A DNA stretch of 64,000 nucleotides from Paraspadella gotoi (Eukaryota > Animalia > Chaetognatha), in contig CM119271.1 in NCBI GenBank assembly GCA_051294375.1, positions 7,678,162 to 7,742,161 of the forward strand. Direction: 5' to 3'. Position numbers and translations under genes: made by a program. Under the pieces are notes generated by a model. That model was not told the DNA's origin. It saw only the letters and a program-made list of their open reading frames with translations, and made no database searches. The stretch's first letter is position 1. Each line of letters starts with the position of its first letter. Positions 22,960 to 35,648 of the stretch are shown here, in pieces.

Positions 22960-24200
22960 TTTTCATTTCTCTCCTTTTTTTTCGTTTAGTTTTTTTTATT
23001 TCTTTTTTTTATTATTCCATATTATTTCTTTATTTTTTTCTTTATTTCTTTATTTCGTTTTTTAATTTTTTTTAACTATTTCTCAAGTTTTTTTAATTTC
23101 TTTCTACCTTCCCCCCCCCCAAGTTCCTTATTTGCTTTGTTTTTCTTGACTCCTTTCCTTGCTTATTTGCTCAGTTTCCTTTATTAGCTTCTTGGTTGTT
23201 TTAATTATTTTTTCCCCCATTTTTTTCTTTTTTTTTACTTTTCTTAAAATCTTGGCGTTATTAGAAAAAAAAAGATAAATTTTAGAGTAAGTTTGAAGGA
23301 TTTCCAACTTTTATCCGAATCGCTTAAAATCACGGTGGACAAGAAAGACGAGTTAAAATGTTTGCGTTGGCATCTGAAATCCTTACCTCAAATCTTTTTT
23401 CAACCTCACCCTTACNNNNNNNNNNNNNNNNNNNNNNNNNCCGTTTGTTGGAGGCTGAAAAGATGTGTACAATTGTGGACGCCTGAAGTCTTTGGTGACC
23501 GGAGTCAATAACTTCAGAGAGTGGAAGTGGACAATCTTGGAGCGAAGGCGGAAATCCTCCAAAACAAAATCCCGGGTCCCTTAAAATTCACTTTCTTTTT
23601 TTCTTTCTTTCTTTTCTTTCTTGTCCCTTTCTTTTATCCTTTCTTTCTTTCTTTTTACTTTCTTTTCTTTCTTTCTTTCTTTCTTTCTTTTCTTTCTTTC
23701 TTTCTTTATTTCTTGTCTTTTTTCATTTTCTTTCCTTTTTTTTCGTTTTATTTTTTTTATTTCTTTTTTTTATTATTCCATATAATTATTTCTGTTATTT
23801 TTATTTTCTTTATTTAGTTTTTTAATTTTTTTTTAACATTTCTTTCCTCAAGGTTTTTTTTTAATTTCTTTCTACCGTTCCCCGCCCCAAGTTGCCTTAT
23901 TGTTTGCTTTGTTTTTTTCTTGACTCTTTCTTGCTGTATTATGCTCAGTTCCTTTTATTAGCTTATGGTTGTTTTAATTATTTTTCCCCAATTTTTTTTT
24001 CTTTTTTTTTACTTTTTTTCTTAAGAATCTTGGCGTTATTAGAAAAAAAAAGAGATAAAATTTTATGTATGTATGTGTATATGTGTATTTCCACTTTTAT
24101 TCCGAATCGCTTAAATCACGGGTGACCAGAGAAAAGGACGGTTTTAAATGTTTTGCGTTGGATCTGAAATCCTTCCTCAATCTTTTTTCACGCTCAGCCC
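22760..24200 (+). repeat. Direct duplication (about 22760-23415 and 23441-24200) either side of a 25-N gap
   Basis: GGTGACCGGAGTCAA(A)TAACTTCAGAGAGTGGA...CCTCAA(A)TCTTTTTTCA occurs on both sides of the N-run at 23416-23440. Confidence 0.88.
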
Positions 24201-24449
24201 TTACTGAGGGCCTTAGCCCTTAACCTTCCCTCTTCGCCACACCCCGCCCTGCATCTCCGATATAAAAAAGCTCATTTGTTCGAACATCCAACACGAAATT
24301 TTCCCGAGCGGTGATTGTTTCACGCACGACGTGAGAGATTGAGATTGAGAGAAGGCGGGAGGAGGCGAGAGAGGAAAGAAGAGAAGAGATTGATCGCACC
24401 GGGGTTAGAGACACGCACGAAGTAGAGATGAGCAAGAGAGAAGTATGAA

Positions 24450-27400
24450 CAAAAAAGCAAGAAAATTAGTAAAAAATAAACCAGGAATGAGTCAAATCTT
24501 ATAAAGAATTCTCTTTTCGAAATGTGCAATCAAAAGTGTACGAATTCCTGTCGGGTCTGAGCAAGGTGCCCCGAAGAAGAAACTTTCTAACGCAAATTAG
24601 CGCGCGACGGAAAGTGAAAAGTGTTATGTTGAAAAATAACAAAATAATTAGTTTTGTTCAGTTTTTTATAGGCTGGGGGTGTTCTAAGCTACTATCGTCG
24701 GATTCCTAAAAAATGAAGTAAAATCTACAAAAATGCCTAATGACAATTTTCTAAACTCTAGCTGGACCGGGAGAGGGTTCATAGTCGGACCCCGTCTAAA
24801 AAGCCAAGGGGACCGTCGAGTACCGGATACTATTAAATCGCTATAGTTACTATATTAGAATGTCTATTTTCTTAATCCGAATGAAGGAAATAAATAAGAC
24901 GTTGTCCATATTGACGTAAAAAAATAAAATACACTCGTTTAAGCATTGTTTAAATTTGGATTTTTACTTGGGAAAGACTACTGGCACGAAAAAAAATGAG
25001 GAACTACAAGTAAAAGACTGCCAAAAGAGTTAGACATTTAACTTTTATCAATAGCTGTCCCATAATATAGATCAATAGACTATGTGTCCTCAATCGTTTT
25101 CTTTGATTATTTATTACACTAGTATTTCAAAATCTTCCACTTCTCCCTTGTTTGTTTTTTTTTTTTCCATAACTCCAAACCTTTCTGCCCCCTACCTTTT
25201 TTTTATTGAGGACCAAAGAACCGCCAGAAGCCCTCTGGGTATTATGCGCACAAAAAGTCCTTCTTATCCGATTAAGTTGAGACGGTATACGAATTCTCGG
25301 AGGGAAAGAAGCAAGGGAAAAGAAGGAGGAAGAGGGTAGGGGATAAAGGAAACAGAGCTGCTAGTTCGCGGGGGGGTGGATACGTGTAAGGAGTCTGGTG
25401 TTACAATGGGGAACGGGCTGCAGTAGAAAGATCGGGCATGGGGAACCGAGCAGAGAGGGAAAATCGTACGGCATGAGGAAGCGGTCATTAGGAAAGTAGT
25501 CGCCAAGAAAGGATCGAGAGCGAAAAAATTTTCAGCTATGCTTTGTTCTCAAGTAGTGCATCGAGCAATTTTTATGTATTAACTAGTATCAATATTTATT
25601 TTTGTATAATTTCTCTGTTTTATATATCATTTTTTTATCACTCAGGCGTAATGTCAACGTGATATTCCTCTTACTATAATTGTCTACTAAACTACCAGGA
25701 GAATCGGGTGTTGCTACATGTGTCACCTATATCGTCCTTCTCCAAGAAGAATCGGAACCACCCATCTAACTTAAGGTACCTAAGCTTCCTAGCCCAACGA
25801 CACAAGCCTAGAAGAGATATATATATATATATATAACTCTACTTCTTATACATCCGACCTCCATTCTCTGTGCGCCTACTCAATTGGAGAACCCTGATGG
25901 CGATAGCTTTACAACCTTCTCGTTAAAATCCATTTTAAGCTCTTTCAAAACACAAATTCCGACCCCCACTTGTCTCGCGATTTGAGAAAATATAGAAAAT
26001 TTAACCGAATCTTCGGAAAATTCACCCCTTCTTTGGAGTTTAGAGGGAATTCTCTCCATACCGGGAGTAACCACATATGAAGATTTGCTCCGCGAGACGT
26101 ATCTGCACCCTTTTGGCTCCCGACCTTGAAGGAACTCGTAAGCATTAGATCCAGTTAGACGACGCGCGGGCGGGGCTGTATCGTCAACTCGCCAGGGCCG
26201 TGCCATGCCTTTTGACCGCCCTTCTTACTTTAAAATAAAATTTTTCACCAAAATGGACTGACCGCCTTCAACTTTACCCGACGATGCCTCAATTCGTTTA
26301 CACCATTCATAATCAAAAGTAACCGTCATAGAAGTAGATGTCCTTGCGAAATGTTTGAAGGAGCAGCTTCTCAATGTACACGCGCGGTTCCCGACTCAAA
26401 TCCGAAATCCCGTTTCGATGACTGTAAGGCGGCGGGATATGTTCTCTTCCAGTAGGGACGCCGTCAACGGCCCGACGGGGCCGCGCGGCGGGCCGAGACT
26501 GGCGTGGCAGTTTGAAAGCGTGCGCTACTAGCCAAGGTTAGAGCGAAGTCACCTGCGGAATCAGTCGAACGGGGAAGGAGGGGAATGAATTCAAGTAACT
26601 CCTGCGGCATCCCGACCAAACTCTCTCTCCTTTAACTCGGAAAGAGGCCCGCGCCGCCCTGCTGGCGATCCAACATCGATGATCGTCGGCCGCCGATTGG
26701 TTTGAGGGGGACTCGATGGAGGCGTCAGGCTTCCGCGGAGCAGGCGGCCAGGTCTTGGCAGTGCGATCGTCGAGACCGGCAGGACACCAATCCACGAATC
26801 CAGTGTGACGCGTCTCGTCCCTGAGGAGACAGCGTGACGACCTGGGAGCGCAGCGCCCTCAAGCGGGACGGGACCGAAGAGGCTCGTCTCGGAGTATATG
26901 TGCGCGAGTCGACGTCGAGGTCGCGAACGCGTCTGCGGGATGCTCCTCGGCTTTACGACCGCCGTGGAGCCGAGATAGAAGGCGGAGTGTAACAGCGGGG
27001 CGGAAAAGTCGTAAAAGGCCCAAAAACACGACCCGCCGCAAGTGGACACTACGGCTCAGTATATAGTGTCGGCGCGATTCGTAGCGACGCCAGTTGGAGT
27101 AGTTAGACCGTAGCTGCGGGAGTAGCGGGTTAGCTTACGTTAAGAAGTGGCTTGAGACCAGTAGGGTAAAAGCAGAATAAGTCAGCCGGGACAGAATTTG
27201 GTAGGAGCAAGGGAGAGGTGAATAAGCGAAGCTCCGGTAGGGAAATGGGTTAGTTAGTGATCGAAGGAGTTGTAGTACTTTGTAAGCTTTGGGCGGCAAC
27301 GAAACGCTTCCTTTGTCACGGCTTGGTAGCGAAGGCGTCGCCCCACCGGCCGACAAGTTTCCGAGGGAAAGCCCAGGGCGCTGGTCGGTTCGTAGCTCTG

Positions 27401-29624
27401 GGAGACGTCCGAAAGTATCGGGATTCTTGTTTTGATATTGTTTATATGTGTTATTTTTATGTTGTCGGGTGAGAAAGCTGTGGGTAAAAATTGGTGGAGA
27501 GGGATAACGTGTGCGAACCTTGAGAGATGTGAGGAGTAGGGGAGAGAAAAATAGTAGAGAGAGTAGGGATAGACGAAGGAAAGGAAGGATAAAACGAGTC
27601 TATTTCTTTATTGTTGTTAAGATTTGTAACACTAATTTTTACTATGAGACGAATAGCTTAGTATATATAATCATATATGTTTTTGGTTTATTTTGGTATT
27701 AAACCAAATTATTGCGAAGATTATTTACGATATGATTAGCCACTATGAGTGATTATATGATTGATAATGACTGATCAGATAGGAAAGGCTAGGTCAAGTC
27801 CAATGTTTTAATAATCCGTAATATTGTTTTGGCTCTGAGACGCCGTTTCAGGTATTGTATATATCTGATATAATTTTCTTCTGATTTATTGATCATAAAC
27901 GAGTCACTATTGCAGTATGATACCTCATGCTCGCACATTCTCTAAGAGTAGGTCAAGTAGACTCACTAATCTGAGCATTAACTCATTCTTCCATCGGTCG
28001 TTTGTCGTACATCAATATCTCGCCTGTCTGATTGTGCGACCGAGGGAATTTGGGGAGGTAGATTAGCTCTGTCGAGAAGTCGAGCGACGTCGAATTAGGA
28101 GTCCTAGTATCGCTTTAGATTTTTTCTTACTAAATAATTGCAGTATGTGTGACAGAACGCTGGAGGAGACCGTTCAAGTGACCTTCCGCCGGTAGTAGGT
28201 GATGTACGCCCCGACTCCCCACTCTCGTCCCGCGAGTTCGAAGTGGAGCCGGAAATTCTTGTGCATGCAGGAAATCTGCTGCGACTTCCTGTCCGGCGAG
28301 GTGCGTGACTCGTCGTCTGCCGCCGTCGAGTGCCACCTCTCTTCGATCCCAGTCCGAGATCCATAAAAAGGCGCTGCTCCTACAGACGGTGTAGCAGCTA
28401 TATCGGTGTCTGCCCGCTAAACGTGTGGCCGCCGCCGGCCAGCCGTGGCAAGCAACGCACCGCCGCAATTACATCTGCGCAATCGAAAAGTGGCATCCTG
28501 GCGGAGCGGCGGTGGACTCCGGCGGCGACGCACAGCCTTCGTCCGCTGAGGCGGCTCGTAGTCTCAGCAGCGGGCGGCTGATGGCCTAGATAATTGAGGC
28601 AGACCGGGCCTGACAACCAGAGCGACATTTGTAGGGAAACCCGATCGGTTTGCACCATCTGTGGCTGCACTCCCACGACAGTTGGAAGTGTAGCGTTGGC
28701 ATCTCTCGAGGAGCGCGTACAATTAGACTCGGGTTTCACCACGTTCTTGTGGACTGGTGTCCGAATAGTCGTAAGTGGGAGACTCACACTCGCAACCCTG
28801 TAATCCGGAATTTCGTTTTCTTTATAGTTTTAGATCTGAAGGGCGGGGCGCTAGCCAGCTCCCTTTAGGAACGGGGAGTGATTGTGCGATCGGGGGGGCG
28901 GGGTGCGCCGGGTATTGTAAGGGCGGCTCGGGCCTGCTTGCCGAACGGGGTCGGGTTCGATGCTAGTGCTCTGTCTCTCAGGGTACAAATAATGGTAGTC
29001 TTGGACATAGCACACGACAAAGACTATAGGCGCCATAGACAATTTGATAATGGCACACGGGGTTGTAGCCTTGCTTTAAACGAGCTCTATACGGAGAGAG
29101 ATCGCACACTGGGGATAACAGAGCTATAACGCCGGACGGAGCCTTTTCGCACGGGAGGAGGAGTACATTGAGCGAGACGCACTGTTGAGGCCGACCGGGG
29201 AGAGAGAGCGCACTGATGGAGAGGTTGAAACTTGAAAATGCCGTTGTTGACGGTATGTAGGAGGTGTTTTGTGAGAGCATTTGAGGAAAGTAAGAGGTGA
29301 GGTAAGAAACGTTGAAATTGCGCCAGGTCATGTTGTTAAGTAGTCTTGGGTTAGGTTAATAGGTTCGCAATCGGCCGTAAACCGAAACCTTGTGTTGGGA
29401 AATATTCAAGATTACCGTTAGAAAAATCCTTTAGAATTTTGGTGGGTCTACACTTCTTCTTTTTTTGTTTAAATTTTGGCCCGTGTTGATCATATGGTTT
29501 TTTTTTTTTTTTGTCTTTTTTTTTCTCTTTTTCTTTCCCTTCTCCCACTCCCTTGAATGTTTGATCGCCGTATGCTGCCTTTACGCAATTGGACTCCACG
29601 GCCTTACTCGTCACAGGACCAAGA

Positions 29625-29655
<31 letters not shown>

Positions 29656-30050
29656 CTCTCTCTCTCTCTCTCTCTCCTCGGCACTTCTCTCTCTTCTCTC
29701 TCTCTCTCTTCCTCTCCTCTTTTCTGCCTTCTGGATTTAGTTTCTCCACTTTCGACCATCCCAACTTCTTAGAGAGAAGAGGGAGAGAGGGCAGAGAGAG
29801 AGAGAAGAGAAGGAAGAAGAGAGAGAGAGAGAGAGAGAGAGAGAAGGCGAATATCTGAATGCGCCGCGGCCGGCTCTCTCGTGCGCCGCCGGCGTGCGCG
29901 GCCCACGCAAAACGCCAAACGATTTGTGCGATGCAGAGAACTTCCACATTTATCTTCGACGCGGTTGCAGCAGAAAAGAAGGAGGCTAGTTGCGATCAAA
30001 TGGGGAAGAAAAAGAAAAAAACAGCGGCCTTTGCCCCACTACCCACGACA
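24450..30050 (-). repeat. Large, very noisy inverted copy of about 32140-36660
   Basis: Colinear reverse-complement matches: 24450-25560 vs 35880-36660, 26450-27490 vs 34660-35470, 28100-29130 vs 33530-34300, 29340-29470 vs 33330-33420, 29470-30050 vs 32140-32630. Confidence 0.8.
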
Positions 30051-31370
30051 CTACTGCCCACGGCCCTTCAGCTGCCCACAATTTCACAAACCAAAGGCAA
30101 ACGCTTCAAGTTCAACTTCAAGGGCTTCGGTCGGTCTTCGGTCCGTCGGTATGTCTGTCCGTGTGGTCTGTCAAACTTACGTTAAAAATGCATATAATTC
30201 GCCTATAGTTGGTTGCTCATTTGTTAAGACAGAAAAAACAACCTCAAATCTAAGGGACTGCTAGCGCCGCCTTCAGGAAATCCTAAAACTATAAAGAAAG
30301 ACGGAATTCCGATACAGGTGCGTGTCATAAATACACAGGCAAGAAAATTATTGTCGTCATGTAGTCATGTCACGTCACAGAAATACACGTGATAGGGCAG
30401 TCACTGCGGCGCAACACATTTGAATATCCGTTCTGTTAACTCAATTATTTAGTAAGAAAAAATTAAAGAATCCTTCAGTCACCATAGTAACTAATCTTCC
30501 CTCCTAACATTTGACAGACGATGGAAGAGTTAGATAGGAGTCTCACGTCCTTCTTAGAGATCGAGGAAGATTTTTCAATGGAGATTTCCGTTTAAATCTG
30601 ATACCAAACAATATAACGCTCCTGGTAAAAATTCTGGTAAATATCGATGTAAAAACACTTGATTCTGATCCTGTTGCATCTGAACGAGCTCGCATTTTTT
30701 TTCTTTTTCAAGTCATCAACATTTGATATCAAACCAAGCCAGAACAAATAGACTGCTTCTGGACGGAAAAATTTTCCATCTCTGATTTATATAGAAATGA
30801 AAGGGATTTTTCTCCTTTAAAACGATAATAAACGTGGACTGAGGTATGTTCCTGTTCAACAAATGAGGTCCAATTTGGAATCCTTTGGCAAAGTGTCTGA
30901 AGGGCTCTCAAATTTTTCTTACATTTTATTTTGGTTATTTTGATATGATACGATCAATGGTAAAGTGAATTAGTCCATGTTGGTGAAATTTTTATTAAAG
31001 TAAAAGTAAAGAGGAGCTAAGATTGGAATTCTGAGAGTTTCAACCGGGAGTCAGATTCTGGGGAAAAAAATCTTCTATGGCTAAAATCTCAAAGAAGGGG
31101 TGAATTTTCCGAAGATTTCGGTAATATTTTCTATATTATGTCGATTTTTTTGAAACTTATATTAACAGATATTGCATCATTCTACCTTGGCCGGTATAAG
31201 AATATATTAAAAAAACCTCAGGCTTTTTCGTCAGAGCTTAGTCCTAAGTTAAGGTGTCCATTCTTCTTGAAAGACATTAGCCTAGCAAGAACCCGATTTC
31301 TGTAGTTATGGCTATGGTAAAATTATACCCTGAATTTTAGTTAATAATCAGTTTATTTTATCGACAGCAT

Positions 31371-31648
31371 AGCTTTTCTCTCTCATTTAATAACGATATT
31401 GAATTACACCATTAACGAAAACAAGCTGTACATTTTTTTTTTTTTAGATTTGCGGTTCTTTAATAAAAAAATATTTAACGATTATAAAAATACTTTTACG
31501 TTCTAGCGATGACTTAAACTTTCACTTTCTGATTAAATACAGACATTTCGACTAATTCGATCTTTGAACTTTAATCGAGATTGAAGCTGAAATTCCCTTC
31601 CCCGAACGATTTCTCACGTCTCGCTCTCACTATCGCCGTACATTGCCG

Positions 31649-31713
<65 letters not shown>

Positions 31714-32139
31714 CTCTCTCACGCTCGTTACTCACCGCTCGGAATTTCGTGTGGATGTTCGAACAAAAGAGCTTTTTTTTATATCGGAGATGCAGGCGGG
31801 GGTGTGGCGGAAAGAGAAGGTAGGCTAGGCCTCAAGAGAGAGAGAGAGAGACGGCAATGTACGGCGATAGTGAGAGCGAGACGGTGAGAAATCGTTCGGG
31901 AAGGGAATTTCAGCTTCAATCTCGATTTAAAGTTCAAACATCCGAATTAGTCGGAAATGTCTGTATTTAATCAGAAAGTGAAAGTTTAAGTCATCGCTAG
32001 AACGTAAAAGTCTTTTTATAATCGTTAAAATATTTGTTTTTATTAAAGAGCCGCAAATCTAAAAAAAAAAAAAAATGGTACAGCTTGTTTTCGTTAATGG
32101 TGTAATTCAATAATCGTTATTAAATTATAGAGAAAAGCT
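31371..32139. repeat. Fold-back inverted repeat with arms of about 290 bp (31371-31660 and 31836-32139)
   Basis: For example TATTGAATTACACCATTAACGAAAACAAGCTGTA on the left and its reverse complement near 32080-32112; the arms differ by small indels. Confidence 0.88.
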
Positions 32140-32309
32140 AAGCTGTTTCTTTTCTTCCCCATTTGATTCGCAACAGCCTCTTCTTTTCTGCTACAACCGC
32201 CGTTCGAAGATAAATGTGGAAGATTCTCTGCATGCAAATCGTTGGCGTTTTGCGTGGGCCGCGCACGCCGGCGCGCACGAGAGAGCCGGCGCGCGCACTC
32301 AGGAAATAT

Positions 32310-32387
<78 letters not shown>

Positions 32388-32423
32388 AGAAGTTGGGATG
32401 GTCGAGATGGAGAAACTCCAGAA

Positions 32424-32509
<86 letters not shown>

Positions 32510-32636
32510 TTGGTATCGAGGGAGAGATAAGGCGTGGAGTCCATTGCGTAAAGGCAGCATCGCGATCAAACATCTCAAGAGGGAGAAGGGAAAAAGAAAA
32601 AAGACGAAAAAAAAAATTATCAACGGCCAAAATTTA

Positions 32637-33331
32637 NNNNNNNNNNNNNNNNNNNNNNNNNNNNNNNNNNNNNNNNNNNNNNNNNNNNNNNNNNNNNNNN
32701 NNNNNNNNNNNNNNNNNNNNNNNNNNNNNNNNNNNNNNNNNNNNNNNNNNNNNNNNNNNNNNNNNNNNNNNNNNNNNNNNNNNNNNNNNNNNNNNNNNNN
32801 NNNNNNNNNNNNNNNNNNNNNNNNNNNNNNNNNNNNNNNNNNNNNNNNNNNNNNNNNNNNNNNNNNNNNNNNNNNNNNNNNNNNNNNNNNNNNNNNNNNN
32901 NNNNNNNNNNNNNNNNNNNNNNNNNNNNNNNNNNNNNNNNNNNNNNNNNNNNNNNNNNNNNNNNNNNNNNNNNNNNNNNNNNNNNNNNNNNNNNNNNNNN
33001 NNNNNNNNNNNNNNNNNNNNNNNNNNNNNNNNNNNNNNNNNNNNNNNNNNNNNNNNNNNNNNNNNNNNNNNNNNNNNNNNNNNNNNNNNNNNNNNNNNNN
33101 NNNNNNNNNNNNNNNNNNNNNNNNNNNNNNNNNNNNNNNNNNNNNNNNNNNNNNNNNNNNNNNNNNNNNNNNNNNNNNNNNNNNNNNNNNNNNNNNNNNN
33201 NNNNNNNNNNNNNNNNNNNNNNNNNNNNNNNNNNNNNNNNNNNNNNNNNNNNNNNNNNNNNNNNNNNNNNNNNNNNNNNNNNNNNNNNNNNNNNNNNNNN
33301 NNNNNNNNNNNNNNNNNNNNNNNNNNNNNNN
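32637..33331. other. Assembly gap (695 N); other gaps at 21319-21343, 23416-23440 and 62200-62209
   Basis: Runs of N in the sequence. Confidence 0.99.
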
Positions 33332-33474
33332 AAAAAAAAAGAATTAACCACCAGAAAATCTAAGAATTTCTAACGGAACTTTAATATTCCCAAAAGGTAA
33401 GTTTACGCGATGCGACTATAAAATAAATTAACAAACTGGATTCCTCAACCTTACCATTCCTTACTTTCTCCGTC

Positions 33475-33524
<50 letters not shown>

Positions 33525-33566
33525 CCCCCTAACAGCGTCTCGCAAGTCCCCTTCCTTCTCTCCAAA

Positions 33567-34250
33567 ATGCCGTACCACTCGACGAGCTGGAGCAGCTACA
33601 ACCCCGTCTACAGCAGCCTGTTGCTGTATCAAGACAAGTACGGAGCGACGGACCGTCCGTTCGGCAAGCAGGCCGACCCCTACATGACGGCGACCGGCGA
33701 TCGCCACTACTCCGTCCGAGGTAATGAGCTCCGCCGCTTCGGCCGTCCGCATGACGCGCTCCTCGAGAGCCAACGCTACACCTCCAACCTATCGTGGGAG
33801 GTGCAGCGACAGATGGTGCAGACCGAGGTTCCCTACAGTCGCTCGGTGCAGGCCCGCCGCATTCTCGGCGATCAGGCGCCGCTGCTGAGGACGTACGAGC
33901 CGCCGCGAACGAAGAATGTGGCTCCCCCAGGTCCACCGCCGCCCCCGCCAGGGTGCACTCGATGCGCCAGATGTAATTGCGGCGGGTGCGGCTGCCACGG
34001 CGGCGGCGGCGGCCACCCGTTAGCGGCGCCACCGATGCAGCCGTCTTTACGGAGCAGCGCCTTGGCTTTGGACTCGGCTGGGACGAGAGTTGGTCGAGGC
34101 GGCGACGACGACGACGACGGCAGAGTCGGCAGCAGATTCCTGCTGCACAAGAGATTTCCGTCCACTCGAATCGGGACGAGGAGTTGGGGAGTCGGGGGCT
34201 ACTCTCGACCGGCGAGGAGGTTTACCGTCGCAGGCCTCCATGCGTACTGA
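33567..34250 (+). CDS. Uncharacterised Tyr/Pro/Gly-rich protein with a Cys cluster (CTRCARCNCGGCGC)
   Basis: 227-aa ORF with an AAA-ATG start context and the same GC3-rich codon style as neighbouring genes. No family recognised; the 3' end may splice or be frameshifted. Confidence 0.55.
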   Translation: MPYHSTSWSSYNPVYSSLLLYQDKYGATDRPFGKQADPYMTATGDRHYSVRGNELRRFGRPHDALLESQRYTSNLSWEVQRQMVQTEVPYSRSVQARRILGDQAPLLRTYEPPRTKNVAPPGPPPPPPGCTRCARCNCGGCGCHGGGGGHPLAAPPMQPSLRSSALALDSAGTRVGRGGDDDDDGRVGSRFLLHKRFPSTRIGTRSWGVGGYSRPARRFTVAGLHAY

Positions 34251-34707
34251 CCAATCGGAGCGATCGAGCGAGACCTTACCCTCAAACTCACCGGCGAACG
34301 ACGGGAAAGAGAATCGAAACGCATGATTCCTCAATTAATGAACTGAAGTGATGCATGTATTCATACTGCATGGCGCGTTAAGACTTGAAATAAACAGAAA
34401 AAAACAAAAAACAAACAAGAACAGCAGACGATTATAAAACTTGGGTTGACTACTTCATCATCATCATCATCTTTCTTCATCATTCATTCTTCATCGTAAC
34501 ATTTCAATAGTTTTTGTTTCCAAAAAACCAAAGAAAAATAATAATAACTCGTGAAAAAATGATTTAAAAAACGAAAAAAAAAAACTAACTTCGTTTTCTC
34601 TTTCTCCCTCTTTCCCTACTCACATTCCCTCCCCACCCCCACAACGGTCGCACACGCCCCCCTCCACCAATTTGCCCACGCCTCCGCAAAAAAAACAAAA
34701 ACAAAAG

Positions 34708-35648
34708 ATCCCGAGTATTGGCGTCGCTACCGGGAACGCCGCGCCCTGGGCTTCCCGGAATCGGCCGTGGCGACGCGCTACCAAGCCGACAAAAGCGTCG
34801 TGCCCAGCTACAAGTACTACAACTCCTTCGACCACTACTACCCATCCTACGGAGCTCGTTATCACTCTCGCTCCTACAATTGGCCGGCCTATCGCTACCC
34901 TTACTGGTCCAGCCACTCCTACGACTACCCGTACTCCCGCTACGGTTACTACTCCAACTGGCGTCGCTACGACGCCGACCTTCTGCCGTATTCAACTTCG
35001 GCGGGTCGTTGGGCCTACGACTTCCCCGGCTACACTCGGCATCTCGGCTCCACGGCGGTCGTCAAGCGGGTCCCGCAGGCGTTCCGCCTCGACGTCGACG
35101 GCGCCATCTCCGGACGAGCCTCTTCGGTCCCGTCCCGCTTGGAGGCGCTGGGTCCCAGCGTCCCGCTCTCACAGGTGCACGCGCTGGATCTGGAGGTGCT
35201 GCCGGCTCGGATCGACGCCAACCTGGCGCCGCCGCGGAGCCGACGCCTCCTCGAGTCCCTCAACATCGGCGCCGACGATCTCGAGTGGATCGCCGACGGG
35301 CGCCGGCCCTTGGTAAGGAGAGAGAGGGTCGGAGCCGAGATTCTTGATTCTTCCTCCTTCCGTCGACTGACCGCGTATCGTCCTCTTCCTGCAGTAGCGC
35401 CGCTTCAGCCGCGCCGTCTCGGCCCGCCGCCGCCCCGTCGGGCCGTGGACGGCGTCGCCACGGGACTCCCGCCGCCTTACGTCCTCGAACGGGATCGGGA
35501 GCGGGACCCGCGGCGGGAGAAGCTGCTGAAAACATCGCAGGACATCTACTTCAACGTCATGGGGAAGATGAGCGTCGGGGGCGGCGGCGGCGGCGGCGGC
35601 GCGCGGCGGCGGGACCACCGCCGCGGTCTTCTCGAGCTCTATCCGTGA
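34708..35648 (+). CDS. Uncharacterised Tyr/Arg-rich protein (possibly a downstream exon of the 33567 gene)
   Basis: Open frame PEYWRRYRERRALGFPES...YKYYNSFDHYYPSYGARY...RASSVPSR...LLELYP*. No in-frame ATG was seen near the 5' end; there is a possible AAAAG| acceptor at 34707. Confidence 0.6.

Noticed and set aside
17560-29130. Tandem gene family or pseudogene array of the Tyr-rich ORFs
   Set aside because: Differences are dominated by scattered single-base indels with no codon-position pattern and lie beside 25-N gaps, which fits raw long-read noise better.
32214-33363. ORFs of 243-377 aa spanning the gap
   Set aside because: Made of N-derived X residues.
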